DNA of 64,000 nucleotides, from positions 31,834,780 to 31,898,779 of the forward strand of contig NC_091947.1 in assembly GCF_041260155.1 (NCBI RefSeq), written 5' to 3'. Shown here in pieces: positions 13,038 through 26,679 of the stretch. The notes below the pieces were generated by a model. It saw nothing but the letters and a program-made list of their open reading frames with translations, had not been told where the DNA came from and ran no database searches. Numbering within the stretch: position 1 is the first letter of the stretch; each line of letters opens with the position of its first letter. This DNA is from Ptychodera flava. Taxonomy: Eukaryota. The position numbers and the translations under genes were made by a program.

Positions 13038-14197
13038 TTTACATTTTACATATATTATATTTTAAATAGTCATTCTATGTTTTAGTGAAATTGTTGACAT
13101 GTCAGTTGTAAGATAGGAATTTCAAAGTGTCAATCTTAAAGTTTAAATACAGTACATTTTGAATGAGCTGTATTTTGAATGAGCTGTGAATGTATTTCAC
13201 ACTTTCTCTGCTTAACCAGATGTCCTGAACTGTTGTACAGAAATGGATGTCAATCATTAATATCAAAGAGGAAAAAGCAGTGAATCAAAAACTTTGATGG
13301 GTGTTAAGACTTGCCAACCATCCAATTAAATCTACTGAGGAGCCATAGAGAGCTTTTTTAGCCAAATCTGATGTGTACAGTGTCTGAGAGGACCTTTTCT
13401 TGTGTAACATTGAAACCATAAAAGCACAGCTAATAATGACAAAAACTGCCTTTTTTAACTGTTATTTTGTTCATAAAAAGCATCTTCCTACAGAAAACCT
13501 ATGAAACAAAGGAAAATAATTGCATCAATGAGAAGGAAAGATATCTTGTCATTTTTCTATCTCTAAAATAAGTCACTGTATCAAATATATATTGTGAAAT
13601 ATTTGTGCATGTTGCTTTCTCATACTGAATTCTCACAGAGAGAACAGAAAAGTATCAGGAATTTGTCATCCTTTTCATATGAAATGCAGATTTCATAATG
13701 GTACACTTTCACTTAGCAAAGATCAAGATATCTCTGAAAGTATGGCGCCCGAAGGGGGCGCCAAAAATATGAAACATCCTGATATCTCTGATATATATGC
13801 CTTGTATATTAAAGTCATGCACCTGAAGGGCATGCTGAAAGATGTATGATATATTAAAGTAATGAGCTTGAAGAGCACGCTGAAAAATATTGAACATACA
13901 GATATCTCTGATGTATGTATGCTTGATATGTTAAAGTTGGGCGTGCTGAAAAATATGACTGATTATTAAAGTTACGCGCCCGAAGGGCGCGCCGAAAAAT
14001 ACAACTGAATGATGATTTTGTGGCTGACACTAGCATTTTAGGCAATGATGAGCCTGTGTCAAAATTCAAAAACACACTGACCCCCCCCCCTATTGGGCAT
14101 TTCAAAAACATGGTGACCCCCCTATCACCAAAGTCAAAAACAGGGTGACCCCCCCATGAATCCACCGCCCCCCAGGCTGAAGAAACTGACCAGTCCC
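12764..14197. mobile_element. PIF/Harbinger-like non-autonomous element (MITE) with ~43-bp TIRs and a TTA target-site duplication
   Basis: The 5' end is GGGACTGGTCAGTTTCTTCGGCCTGGGGGGGGGGCGGTGGATT and the 3' end AATCCACCGCCCCCCAGGCTGAAGAAACTGACCAGTCCC, a perfect inverse. TTA flanks it at 12761-12763 and 14198-14200. Internally it has an (AT)n tract at 12957-13032, subterminal CAGGGTGACCCCCC repeats and a tandem hairpin array. There is no ORF. A ~97% identical copy lies at 58166-59578. Confidence 0.85.
13709..13995. repeat. Tandem ~60-bp units inside the MITE, each with a GC-rich stem-loop closing a GAAG loop
   Basis: The hairpins are GGCGCCC-GAAG-GGGGCGCC, GCATGCACCT-GAAG-GGCATGC and CGCGCCC-GAAG-GGCGCG. 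The same array is present in the copy at 59105-59385. Confidence 0.6.
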
Positions 14198-14479
14198 TTA
14201 TTTCTGTCTGCACTCAAAACTCAAAATGTCGGATATGAACCTGAAAAATCGATGCAGTTTTGTCAAACTTTGGCGAAATTTCAGCCTATAGACAAATTTC
14301 ATCTAGGTAAGGTAAATTTACTGAAATTTGATCGACAAATAATCCTGAGCTTGAACGTGACAGCTCGCCTTCTCCGGGAAGTCAAGTATCCAGCTGCCCA
14401 TACACAGTTGCCCATATGGCCAGGTTTATGAGATGTTTTTCAAGCGACGGCGGCAGACCGTACGGGGCTCTGGATGTGA

Positions 14480-15390
14480 ACCTACCGCCGGTGTAGCTGT
14501 AATAACTGTTGCGTTGTTTTTAGTACCCACGGACGAAGTCCTGGGGGAGTTTATAGGTTTGGTCATGTCAGTCCGTCCGTCCGTCCGTTCACGCAGATAT
14601 CTCAGACATGCCCTGGTCAATTTCTTTCAAACTTTGCACAAGAATAGTACCCAACCCCATACAGATGCACGTCGATTTGTTTCACAATGTGATCGAATTT
14701 GGCCGTGTTAGAGGACTTTTTAGTTTACACCTCCATAGACTCCCATGTATAAGGCAGTTCTCCATAGACTCCCATGTATAAGGCCAAGAAAATAAAAATT
14801 TAGTTTCTCATCGTATTCATATTGCCTATTAAAAGGATGCAGTGACACAGTTTTTTGTCCCAACGGATAAAGTCCAGGGGCTTATAGATTGGGTCATATC
14901 CGTCCGTGAGTCCATCAGTGAGTCCATCGGTTCACGCAGATATCTCAGACATTTTGACAAAATATCATGTGACCTTGGTGACCTTTGACCTCAAATATAC
15001 ATTATTGTCCATAACTCAGTAACCACAAGTGCTAAACCTTACATATTTGGTATGATGGGACACCTTATGACGCCACATATTGTACGTCATTAATTATGCG
15101 CATATCTAATTTTGAGCGAGCCAATAGAGCTAGAGGTCTGATTTTTGGTATATAGGGATAAGTTAACAATATAATTTGTTTGACAAAACGTCACGTGACC
15201 TCAATGACCTTTGACCTCAAATAATATATATTTGTCCACAACTCAGTAACCACAAGTGCTACACTCTTCCTATTTGGTATGATAGGACACCTTATGACAC
15301 CACATATTGTACCTCATTAATTATGCGCATATCTAATTCTGAGCAAGCCAATAGAGCTGGATGTCCGATTTTTGGTATATAGGGATAACT
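14480..15390. repeat. Tandem duplication or minisatellite block
   Basis: 14958-15168 is about 90% identical to 15178-15385. A related, degraded unit lies at 14490-14700 and 14868-14950, where ...TCACGCAGATATCTCAGACAT is shared. The 24-mer ACTCCCATGTATAAGGC occurs twice at 14737-14790. Confidence 0.7.
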
Positions 15391-15744
15391 ATAGAGTAGA
15401 AATCTAAATATGCCCATCTAAATATTAGACATCTACCATCGAGAACAAAAGAAATTTGCTGTAATCTGAATATTTAAGGAGTTTAAGCAATTTCCACTAT
15501 AAATAAAGAACCCCTGCCTCAAACTCCACAAAAGTTGCTAGACATATTTTGCCGTTGTCATGCCATTGCTTCGTTTAATAACTAGTTAATCAAATGCCTA
15601 ATTGACAGGAGGAAATTCAAGACCATATTTGAATAGTAGTATATATTGTCCTCAAAATTACTCTATCACGGCCCAAGTACTCATTGCCTTCAGCAATACT
15701 GCCTTGTTATTATTATTATTATTATTTTTTTTTTTTTTGAAAGT

Positions 15745-15800
15745 CGAAATGCGATTTTTTTTCTCTAAAAGTTAACATAGGGATGGCGGCCATTTTGAAT
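15745..15800 (+). other. Conserved ~60-bp module CGAAAT...AGTTAA.A.AGGGATGGCGGCCATTTTGAAT, one of four copies
   Basis: The same module occurs at 27395-27445 (+), 30800-30860 (-) and 63280-63330 (+), in each case followed by a diverged ~150-bp tail. Confidence 0.5.
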
Positions 15801-17439
15801 GTTGTGTTGGTAAATGATGGGTTGGTTGTTTCTCTAGTACGAGATTTTGTGTGGCGATCCCTGATCCAGTTTAATTCTTTATTTCGAAAAGGGGTGGTTA
15901 AAGTCTCTTTACGGAAAGTTGTAGCAAAATTTTAAGTCTTTGAGTTTCCAAGCGCGAACTCGCTTAAATGAAATATTTAAGGAGTGTATATTACGAATGC
16001 GAGGAGGTTGACGGGAAAAGCGGCCACTTTTGGGTCTCGGTCTGGTAAAAGAAGGCGGCAAAACGTGGACATTTTGTTTGCGCCGCGACTGTGCCACCAT
16101 TATCGTGGCAAATTATTCTTCTGCAACAAACTGGACTTTTGACTTGGTTTTGGAATAGATTAGTCACTGGTAATTGTAGACGATGCAGAAAGATAACAGT
16201 GCAATGGACCACATCGCTGCTGCCAATCTGGCATGACCGTCTCTGTTGTGCTTCTGAATTGGGCTCGTGTTGAGCCAGTGTCGCGACAGCGTGTCAAGTT
16301 ATATCCCTAGGCATATGTCTGCAGTCATCGATCGACCAGCCTTCAGTCCTTGGCCTTGTCAACCTGACGCTTTGTACAATGTTTGGGATGGCTGAAGATA
16401 TTGTCATGTGCAATTTGTTGTAACTCGACATCACCGAGTATGTCATTGTGAGAAAATGTTTTACGGTTTAATTCTAATGTTTACTGTATTGTTGCAGCTC
16501 ATTTAGTACAATGTAAGTAATGCAGGTCTCTGACCAGTTTATATGTATTTGTCTCTGTCTGTGCTTTTCATTATACCCCAATTCTCCAGCCTTCCTGGCA
16601 ATTAGTTTGGCTTGGATCTACTTCAATGCATCGGCAAGGCGTACTCCTATTCTAACTTGTGATTTTGTGTATTTTTGGCTTTTTCCATGTAGCTGTTCTC
16701 ATTCCAGAGAATTCAAGGTTCTAACATCATTTTAATTTTCTCCATTGTAGTGGTTAACAAGCACAGGACACAGCTTTTTTATGGGTTTACCAACTGTTAC
16801 AGCAGACAGTTTCGTTATTTAAAACAGTACTGATAACCAGTTATCCAGGACACTTTTGTGTAAACGAGTACGGATAACTGGAATGCATAACTAATTAAGA
16901 AATATCGAAAGTAAGCAACATGGTTCAAACAATAGACACGAGATAAAAAGTAGTATAAATTTCATTGTCTTGGCAATGCGATTGGCATGGATGTCAGTTA
17001 TATAATAGATTTATCAAGAAATTACTTTTAAGTGAACGTATATATACCTTCACTTAAAAGTAATTTCTTGATATAGTAATATCTTGATACGGAGAACGCC
17101 TTGCCGATGTATCGAAGTAGATCAAAGCCAAACTAATTGCTTGGAAGGCTAGTGAGTTGGGGTAATATAGTCTATATATCCCCTACGTGCCCCAAACTAT
17201 CAAATAATTTTTCAGATAGTGGCTGACAGTGTGTAAAATCTTCTGAGTAAAGGGGTTGTAATCGCAGCTTATAGAGCAATATGTAAAAATAAGAAGGAAG
17301 ACACGTGACAACAAAGACTTAAAACAACCCTGGTATTGATGGTATGAATATACTCACTTGATATCAACAGGGAGACACATAAGTAAAGCGGTACCATGAC
17401 AAGCAGTAAGTTAATCGATGCTGCCACGTTGCAAGTTCA

Positions 17440-18880
17440 CGCAACATATCACCCCAAGAGGCTGCGAGTCAAAATTTGGCAACAATTTTCGTGAAGTTAG
17501 TTCCTCCATCGAGAGTTAATCTGCAACTGCGCCTGCATCACTTCATGACCATATATGGTGATGTTTTATGGCTGGACTGATCACTGGCGACCTATAACAT
17601 TCCTGTGCAAACAAACCTAGCATGATTCAGACACACCTCTACACGTGGATAGCAAAGGGACCTTCAGGGAGCACACCATAAGATATCCTTGGGGTGGTCA
17701 TTGTGTGGATATGCGAATTTCACGTTCATTGATTTGAGATATTTTTTTCAGAGCATGGATACCTTTTCCATCGGAAATCAAAATCATTTTTCTTTTGCAA
17801 TCATAAGCTGAAAATTGATAATTCACATATCCTCTCCTGATATGAAGTTGATGAAGTCTGCTAACATTTCCACATTTCGACCAACCGTCTCAAGATGTTA
17901 TGAATCAGTCGCAGCATTTCAATTAGCCTTCCTAATGTTTGATAACTTTAAGTCACCAAACTTTGTAGAACTCGTTCTCAGTTTAAGGTTCTTTGAGTTA
18001 ATACTGTACCTGCTGTATAGTTTAGGTCCTTAAAATGGCCTGATTAGGGGCAAATGTTTTTGAAAATCCTTAATTTGTTTACAAATAACATTACGTTCGA
18101 GCTATTTTCAAAATTGTGAATAATTGTTGACCATTTGCCAGGTCAGCTCCGTATATATTTATTCAGAATAAATGACCAAGGAGAAAAGAGTATTAAAAGA
18201 ATATCGGCCTCAATGAAATGTGAAAAGTTCTGGAGTGATTTTCTAAGTACTTTGCCGATAAAATCTTCAAGAAACAGAAACAAATGATAAATCACTTCTG
18301 TTTAGCCAAGCTCCAGTCTACATTCAACTCTTGATAAATTCAATAAATCTGGCCGTGTATTGCACTCCGAATCCAGAAATCAGCTGTGCGTAACGCAGTA
18401 TAGACTGAAAACACATGGAGAAAGGGCTTCTCGTCTGTGACTCCACAGTTTTGCTGTACAACTTAATGCTTGTCGAATGTCACATCCTTACCATGTGACA
18501 TTCGACAAGCATCCACTGTAAACAGCTCCAAGCATAAATTAAAGATTCATTTTGTTTACCAAGGCATATAATGTACATTGAACACGATTGGAATGGATTT
18601 GGGAGAATAGGATACACATGTAGTAGTTGGTAGTTGTGTTGGTTTAATCAGCAAATTCAAGCTCATCTACTGTTCTTTTTTGCAACTTTCAGCTATAGGG
18701 CACCGAACACTTTTGATATTGAATTTGAACAATTGAAAGATCCTATTTTCCCAAATTAGTTCCAATCGTGTATTGACCCGACCTGGCCCCTGCGACTAAC
18801 ATTGCCTATTGATTTGGTCGCTTTATAAATATTCTTGATTGACTGTCAACAAATATCAACGACATTGACGATACTTAAAT
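17440..18880. repeat. Dispersed repeat family D; also at 44580-45960, with fragments at 8900-9150 and 49500-49880
   Basis: The copies are collinear and about 90-95% identical. The family contains a perfect 17-bp-arm palindrome CTTGTCGAATGTCACAT-CCTTACC-ATGTGACATTCGACAAG at 18468-18512 (and at 45557-45600). Confidence 0.7.
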
Positions 18881-20239
18881 CTTCCCAGAAGGAGGTTTTG
18901 TCTCCTTTTATTATGATGTCCAAACATGTGGTTTTGAAGTGCTACATGGACTTCTTTACTATCATATCTAGTGTTTCGCACAAATGTACAACGTACATAA
19001 AATTTTTATGAGGGCCGAGTTGTGTCTATTAATAGTTTAGGGATGTACATATCCGAAAAGGATTTGACCTCAGTGCCCTTGACTAGAATACAATGACATG
19101 ATTATGAATAGAGAGAACGTATTTGATATTTGACCAACTTCCGTGCCCATTTCAAGCAACACATTTCGAGAACTCCTTTAAGCATATTCAGGTCTTAAAC
19201 TTGTCAAGGCCGTAGCACATCTCCTGACTCCTCTGGGAGGCATTATGGGAAACATGAAAAGAGCAATGAAGGTTAACGGTAGAAAACAAAGTCGTGCACC
19301 AGCGTCCCCAATAGACCCAACATGAACACATTGCCTCGTCATGAGCGGGGGACACACTTCATGAAATCTATGATATGCAGGTCGGTCTCTCTGTATACAG
19401 TAGTAGAACAACACGCCAACGCCATATTTAGACTTCTTATAGCCAATAAATCTACTTCCTTATTTTGTGAAGGTGTGTTTTTTCGTCGAATGACACGGCA
19501 GCCGTACAAGAAGTCATTTTTGTCATACAGCTCAATGTACGACTTAGGCCTATTTTGTCGAATTAAAAAACAGATCAAGATATGACGCTTAGCCCACACT
19601 TTCTGTTGTTTCTTTTATTTCTAATTCATCTTGATAGATTTGATGGAGATAGTTATGATCATTCTCTTTGCTCGTAAATTAAGTTCCTTCACCACTCTAC
19701 AGCATTAGAGGGTAAAAGTTCGAGTTTCGTCACAAAAACGAAATGGTACGAGATTAAAGGTCATGCACAATGGACAAAGAGTTGAAAATGCAGTCAGACC
19801 ATATATGGCATAGACATACTAGTACACCTCAATCGTCGGAGGGGACACATACCGACAGCAATGTATGCGTGAATGAGTACAGGGGACATGACCTGCAATG
19901 ACACGAATACTAAAACCAAACAATAAACAGTTGTCCTTTATTCATGTAGAGCTGTGCGTCTACGTCTAACATCCATGTCGCTATGGGTTTTTGGTGAGGC
20001 TGTTTTAAGAAATTTAAAGGTGTAGAAGCATAAAATGCTTTCCCTTTAAAATGGTGTGCGTAGGATGTGATTTGTTTGGATCATAAAGGCTTACAAATTT
20101 ACGTGAGACTGTGAGAAAACTCTTCATTACGCCTACACAGGTATGATACCGTAACTGAACTGCAAGTCATCTTCATTTGGGAGCCATTCACACTGAAAGC
20201 CGTCAAATTAACTGCCCCGTATACATTGGTCTGCTTGGC

Positions 20240-20583
20240 TTCCAGCCACTATAGGGAAAAAGTGCGTGACTAGAGCGAGAAACTGACGCTTTCTCGCAAT
20301 CGGTGAGAATCTGTTCTTATCCTCACCGCTGTCGGTGAGAAATTTTAATCTCCACTGGAGATTGGTGAGAATGCTCCTTGGCAAGAATCAAGTGTGAGAA
20401 CAAATTCTCATCGGTGAGAATGATTATTCTCACTAAGTACAGCGAGAATTGAAATTCACTGGCGAGAATCATAAAGACTCGCCGTTCAGAGTCTTTATGA
20501 TTCTCGCCAATGAACGGGGCGAGCCTTAATGATTCTCGCCAGTGAATTTCAATTCTCGCTGTACTTAGTGTGAATTTTGTGAG
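20240..20583. mobile_element. 345-bp insertion, present only in copy I, carrying nested palindromes and five GGTGAGAAT motifs
   Basis: It is absent at the paralogous site 53575, which reads ...CTTGTTTCAGCTTTGACTCAAG.... There is a perfect 20-bp inverted repeat GGCGAGAATCATAAAGACTC-GCCGTTC-GAGTCTTTATGATTCTCGCC at 20452-20500, nested inside a ~45-bp inverted repeat at 20436-20480 and 20525-20570. Confidence 0.6.
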
Positions 20584-23500
20584 CTTTGACTCAATAACGC
20601 TGGCGCACTTAACGCAGAACGGTGCGGTATGTTGTTAGGTCGGAGTATCCGGCATGATACCCCTTTTAACTTACTTCACGATTTCGCTCATCCTCTATAC
20701 GTTATCCACATATTGTTGTGTCAGGAAGAGCAATAAACATTCAATATGTATTGCTTGACGACGTGTTTATCGAGACCTTAATGAATTTCAATTCTTTTTT
20801 CTCAGTGTGCATTGTAGTGTAGAATGTTTTACAGACGCAGCGAGATGCATATCCCGTTGGCGCATCCCTGTTTCCTTTTGACAAATAAACAAAATCGAAA
20901 CACTCGACATTTCAATTTTTATGGTGTTTCTTCACGGCTGAAAGAGACATCGACCACGTATCATATATGTTGGTCGATAGGAAAACTTTATTGTCAATCG
21001 TGGAAACAAAAATGACAAAAAACTACATGAAGGCACAAGGGCTTCATTAACTGACGGGTCAAAAGAGTACTTTAGTTTCTTGTTACACTTTAATTTTGTG
21101 ACATCTAGATCGACATCAATGGTTCATGATGATACTTCCAATCAATAGCATTATTTTGAAGTCAAACCGTTGCACAGTATTTTCACATCCTTCAGCGCAC
21201 CGTCATTTTTTTCAAGTGCCTTTTCTCCCCAGCCCCCTTCGGACCTGTTTTGTGACCGCAGCCTCATGTGAATGAATCTGTTGTCTTCAGCGTACACCTT
21301 ATAATAACGATACTTGAGATTCGTTCAGATCCGTTTTGCATTCGATATGGTCACAACGAAACATCTCATTTTATACGAAGAAAATGTCTAACAAGATTAT
21401 GTATGGGCGAGATCTGTATCGATCGAAGTTTGCATACTGAAGAAAAGCACAGAGAGCGTCCTCAACGGATGGCCTCAATAAGTCATGATTGGACTGTATT
21501 GCCAGACAGCGCTGGCTTTGAGTTTTCAACGAAGAATGACATTTCATCAATGACAACCAGGACAGTGCCTCCGTGACCATCACCGCGCGATATAACCTTT
21601 TGAGACAGTATAGGTCATAACTCATGGCAACCATTGTGAAGTAATTACAAGTTTCTTTACAGACTCGCATGGGAAAGAGCATATCTTCACGACCATATAG
21701 AGTAGCTTTCATCATCTTAACGACGAGGTATGACCTTTGTATGACGTGACTGACTTCAGTAAATTACTTGAAGGTGGTGAGAGGAAAAGCATTGGTGTTT
21801 AATATAAGGCTTTGCTCTTGTTAAGGTCATATGTATGACGATGGCATTAATTTTGTCACTTTTCAGCATGCTAGACGCAACTGGTATATCAAGTTACTTC
21901 ATGAATTTGTCTAACATTGTTGTGAAACCCTATTTTGGAGTTAAGTACATTCGCGATTAAAAAGTATATACATGTCATCATGTGAAGTAGGTATAGTATT
22001 ACACAAGATGGAAGTTTCGTATTTTAATTTCTTAATACCCATGACTCAGGTAGTTCTGCGCATTTTATGAGTCACAGACTTAAACTCGTTTAGTTGAAAA
22101 CAAGAATTCCAATTCAGAAAATAGTTTTAAGGTGTTCTCTATTTCGGTGAAATAATGAAGGGGCAAAGGGCTTCTTTGATATTGGAGCACTTTTTTGATG
22201 AAAGCTTGATGTACATGTCATTCTCATTGAAATCACCTACTCCTGAACCAAGATAACCTCCCTCAATATGTCTTAATCAGTGACACCGTATTCACCATCA
22301 ATCTCTCCACTGCTTGTATAGCTCTTCAGTGAATAGCAAAGACAACGTGTTCGGCATGTTCGCCTGGCCGAAGCCCGGCAGCCACATAGCCACTCGGTTA
22401 TGCTAGCCTACAATAGTACAGTAATATCATATACTGTGATTCTTTATTGAATAGACAAGTCGTATAGACATCGTACATATTAAATATGATTATTATCCCA
22501 GAAATGCGCCAAGCACCTGTGCTCTCTCTAATGCCATCTGAATAGCAAAGACATCCATTGGTTTCAATTTCGTCACCTTTTCGCATTTCAGTATGTAAAA
22601 GTTTCGCGGTATTTTTCTATTTCTCAGAATTTCAACTCAAGGGAGGTATGTTAATATGGCATCAAATCAATTCCAGCAATCGTTATCAGTCAAGTCAAGT
22701 AAATCACCAGGTCCAAGAAACAATACAAAATACACACTGACAAAATCAATAGTGCAATCTCGAACCACTAGTGGTGGTACCAGGTGTCTGGAATGGGTAA
22801 GCGTACCCATCAAGTCACAAGTAATTGTCAGGTAATCAGATAGTTGCCAAATTACTGTTGTGAGTCAAAGCCAGGAATACCGTCTCTCATCATCTGGGTA
22901 ACAGATTTGTCATATTTGAACATCTCCATATCTACCATAAAACTTCTGAAATGATCTAGCCAACCTACTTCGTGAAAATCTGTATCACTAGGTTTAAGAC
23001 GAAAAAGTTGTGTCTTACTTGAAAGTCTTCATATGAATTACAAGCTCTACAGTATCTCAAGAGTTGTGAAATGTATACACCATAAGCTTGACCGGACGTC
23101 CGATGAAATATAACTGGTTAAGTAGGGAAAGTTGTTGATTTCAAAATTAAAATCGTCCCTTTTGTCATACTTAAGCCTATTTTGTCGATTTTTTAAAAAA
23201 AAAGATCAAGATATGACGCTGAGCCCACACTTTCTGTTGTTTCTTTTATTTCTAATTCATCTTGATAGATAATTATGATCTTTCTCTTTGCTCGGAAAGT
23301 AAGTTCTTTCACCACTCCACAGCATTAGAGGATAAAACTTCGAGTTTTGTTACGAATACGAAATGGTACGACAGTAAAAGATCATAATGGACAAAGAGTT
23401 GAAAATACAGTCAGACCATATATGGCATAGACATACTAGTACACCTCAATCGTCGGAGGGGACTCATACCGACAGCAATGTATGCTTGAATGAGTACAGG

Positions 23501-25869
23501 GGACATGACCAGGAATAACACGAATACTAAAACCAAACAATGAACAGTTCTCCTTTGTTCTTATACAGCTGTATGTCTACGTCTAACATCCATGTCACTA
23601 GGGACTTTTGTGAGGCTGTTTTATGAAATTTAAAGGTGTGGTTGCATTAAAATGCTCTCCCTTTAAAATGGTGTGTGTAGGATTTTATTTGTGTGGATCA
23701 TAAAGGCTTACAAATTTACGTGAGACTGTGAGAAAACTTTTCATTACGCCTACACAGGTATGATACCGTGCCTGAACTGCAAGTCACTTTATTTTGGGAG
23801 CCATTCACACTGGAAGCCGTCAAATTATCAGCTTCAAGCGTATACATTGGTGTGCTTGGCTTCCAGCTTTGACTCAAGAACGCTGGCACTCTTAACGCAG
23901 AACGGCGCGGTATGTTGTTAGATCGGAGTATCCGGGATAATACCCCTTTTACCTTACTTCACGATTTCGCTCATCCTTTACACGCTATACACACATTGTC
24001 GTGTCAGTAAGAGCAATAAACCTTCAATATGTATTGCTTGACGACGTGTTTATCGAGACCTTTATGAATTTCAATTCTGTTTTCTCAGTATACATTGGAG
24101 TATATAATGATTTACAGACCCTGCGAGATGTATATTCCGTTGGCACATCCCTGTTTCCTTACCACGACTAGGGCTACTAAAACACAATCTAAACACTTGA
24201 CATTTCATTAACATTCACATGTATGAAAGGTCAATTTTACAATTTATACGGCGTTTCTACACGGCTTAAAGAGACATCGATCACATTTCATATAAGTTGG
24301 TCGCCATAAACACATTCTTATCAATCGTGAAACAAAAATGACAAAAACTACAGCATAATTTATAGCCGGCCACTTCATCCCCTCAAGTATTTCGTGTGAC
24401 TGATATGACATCAATATCGTTGAAGCACAACGCTATACTTTTGATTACCCCTTTCAAGCATACCGATGGAATGGTACCTAAGTCAACCAATACCTCACCA
24501 CTGAACTGAATTGCCATGTAAAGTACTAGTACTTGTTGCCGTCATCCTATTCTATCTAAATCTCGTGTACTAAATTCTTCCACACAGAATTGGTCTTTGG
24601 GAAAACGCTTCGTTGTCATTGCCGTGGAAATATACATGGGGTTTGCGTAGCCAGCTAATTCTTAACCATCAATCTGCACTGTGTTTTATCAAGATTTTAC
24701 AAAACTTACCAACATCATTTGCCATGTTTCAGGTAACATATAAAATAACGATTTAAAAGCAAGCGAAAAGTCCAATCTTGCCCAATTTAATATATGAGGA
24801 AAGATGCAAGCAGTGTTTTCCGTCTTTTTGTGTTACAATAGTGAGACTTACAACTAAAAGAAATATCCCAGTTGTATCGACACAAGTTCAAGCAGCGCCC
24901 TCAGACACAATCCCCCCACCGATCGCCCTTTCAGCAACCCTTAAACTTTGACTGTCCATATCAAATGAGGTCGATGTAATTTGGCATATCAGGAAGGTCA
25001 GATAGATACACAGAAGGTTTTGCGTTCGGTGACTTCTCTCGGTTGTGTCTGACAAAGGAAGCCCATGCAGAATTCTTTCCAGAAATGAATATGGCCGCAC
25101 CTGGAAAATATAAACGATTTAAATCGCACTGAACTTCAAATATGATACAAAATAAGACAAAAAGGATATTTCACACATGGTAAAATACTAAGCAGAACCA
25201 TGACAAGCAGACAAAGAACCATCCTGACGGGTATTTGGCAAATTCGTTCAATAGACTTTGGTGTAACAATGCAAGAAAGTGAAAATATCTTGAGACTTTT
25301 AAGAGAGAGTTGGTATACAAGACAAATTGTATTGATAAATGGATTCTTACATGTTGTCATCATGCTCAATGTCATGATAAGCTGAACAAAATAATTCTTT
25401 CGTTAAAAGCCGCTGCTAAAAATGCTGATTTAGCAGTGTCTTGGTAATTTGAACAGCTAATGACTGGTGTCTTTTGAAAGATCTTAAGACACTGTTGGAG
25501 GAACATTTAAGAATATGATATGAAGAAATGGTAAGAATTCAATCTAATTAAACTCCCGCTGCCTCTTTGAAAGATGTACTATTTCATAAAGTGCTCAGCG
25601 TGCTGGGTAAAATTGTTCAGATATATATTCATACTATGTTTCCCAGGATGTCAGGAATTCCGTCATCGACCTACATTAGTTTACAAACGAAAGTTATAAT
25701 CAACTATGTCTTCAACACGATATGGCATAAATAGACATTGATGACACCGTATATCGTACTGCATCACTGAACAGTCAAGAAACGTAAGATAGACCCCCAC
25801 CTTTGGGCTTATATCAGGATTACAAAATCCCTTAGAGATATTCCCTTCTTTTACACTGGAGCCCACTAA

Positions 25870-26022
25870 TTACTTACCTTCACATATCTCTTGTTCCACT
25901 AGTGACAGAAAGTAGTCGTCACTGAAGACAGATGGCTTAGGGGATAGCTTATTTGCCATTGCGATGACGTCAACTGAGGAATAAACTTTTGGTATCCTTG
26001 GTGACAGATACTTGACTATTCC
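25870..26022 (-). CDS. POFUT-like gene copy I, terminal coding exon reading GIVKYLSPRIPKVYSSVDVIAMANKLSPKPSVFSDDYFLSLVEQEICEGK followed by a stop
   Basis: The acceptor is tctgtctcag|GGAATAGTC at 26022 and the stop TAA is at 25870-25872. Copy II differs by an in-frame 3-bp indel, so the reading frame is conserved. Confidence 0.55.
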   Translation of the reverse strand, partial: GIVKYLSPRIPKVYSSVDVIAMANKLSPKPSVFSDDYFLSLVEQEICEGK

Positions 26023-26149
26023 CTGAGACAGAATCAAGCAATGATACAACACATGAAATGACAACAACAACACAATCACTGAGTAAACACATTAAAAGCT
26101 TGTCATGCAGAAGAACTTGCACCTAATTTTACGCTACGAAAAATAAAAA

Positions 26150-26163
26150 AAATCAAAATTCGA

Positions 26164-26222
<59 letters not shown>

Positions 26223-26340
26223 GGTGGTGGTGATGATGATGATGATGATGATAATGATGTTCATCATCATGAACATCATCATCATCATCATCATCATGAA
26301 CATCATCATCATCATCATCATCATTAGTATCGACCAATCA
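26150..26340. repeat. (CAT/ATG)n microsatellite with a (GTG)n segment, intronic
   Basis: It is a long imperfect trinucleotide array. It produces the spurious poly-His, poly-Asp and poly-Met ORFs in the track. The paralog at 62095-62160 is much shorter. Confidence 0.95.
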
Positions 26341-26679
26341 GCCCAAAACATTCAAGGATGTGATTTCAGATTTCAGATTGACAATAGAACCGCTAATGTT
26401 GCTAAACTACTTTCTTTGTTTTACCTTAAATTGCTTTGATGGTTCTAGGGACTGACGGATAGTTTTTACGAACTCGCCTCGGTGACGACTGACAACAGTT
26501 TTTGTCATTTACATGTATATTATATTCACCACACTATTATGTCAATTCCCTGTTTGGACCAAGTGCCTTCATTTTATGAAAAACACACACATGTAATCTA
26601 AATATTGCATTTGTACGAATAACACAAAATAATTTCCATGTAAACAACACATTTACTTCCCCGTCACAGTAATTCTTAC

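Noticed and set aside
26103-26439. Track ORFs encoding poly-His, poly-Asp, poly-Met and poly-Ile peptides on both strands
   Set aside because: They are translations of the (CAT/ATG)n microsatellite in all frames and are intronic. This is not a histidine-rich protein gene.
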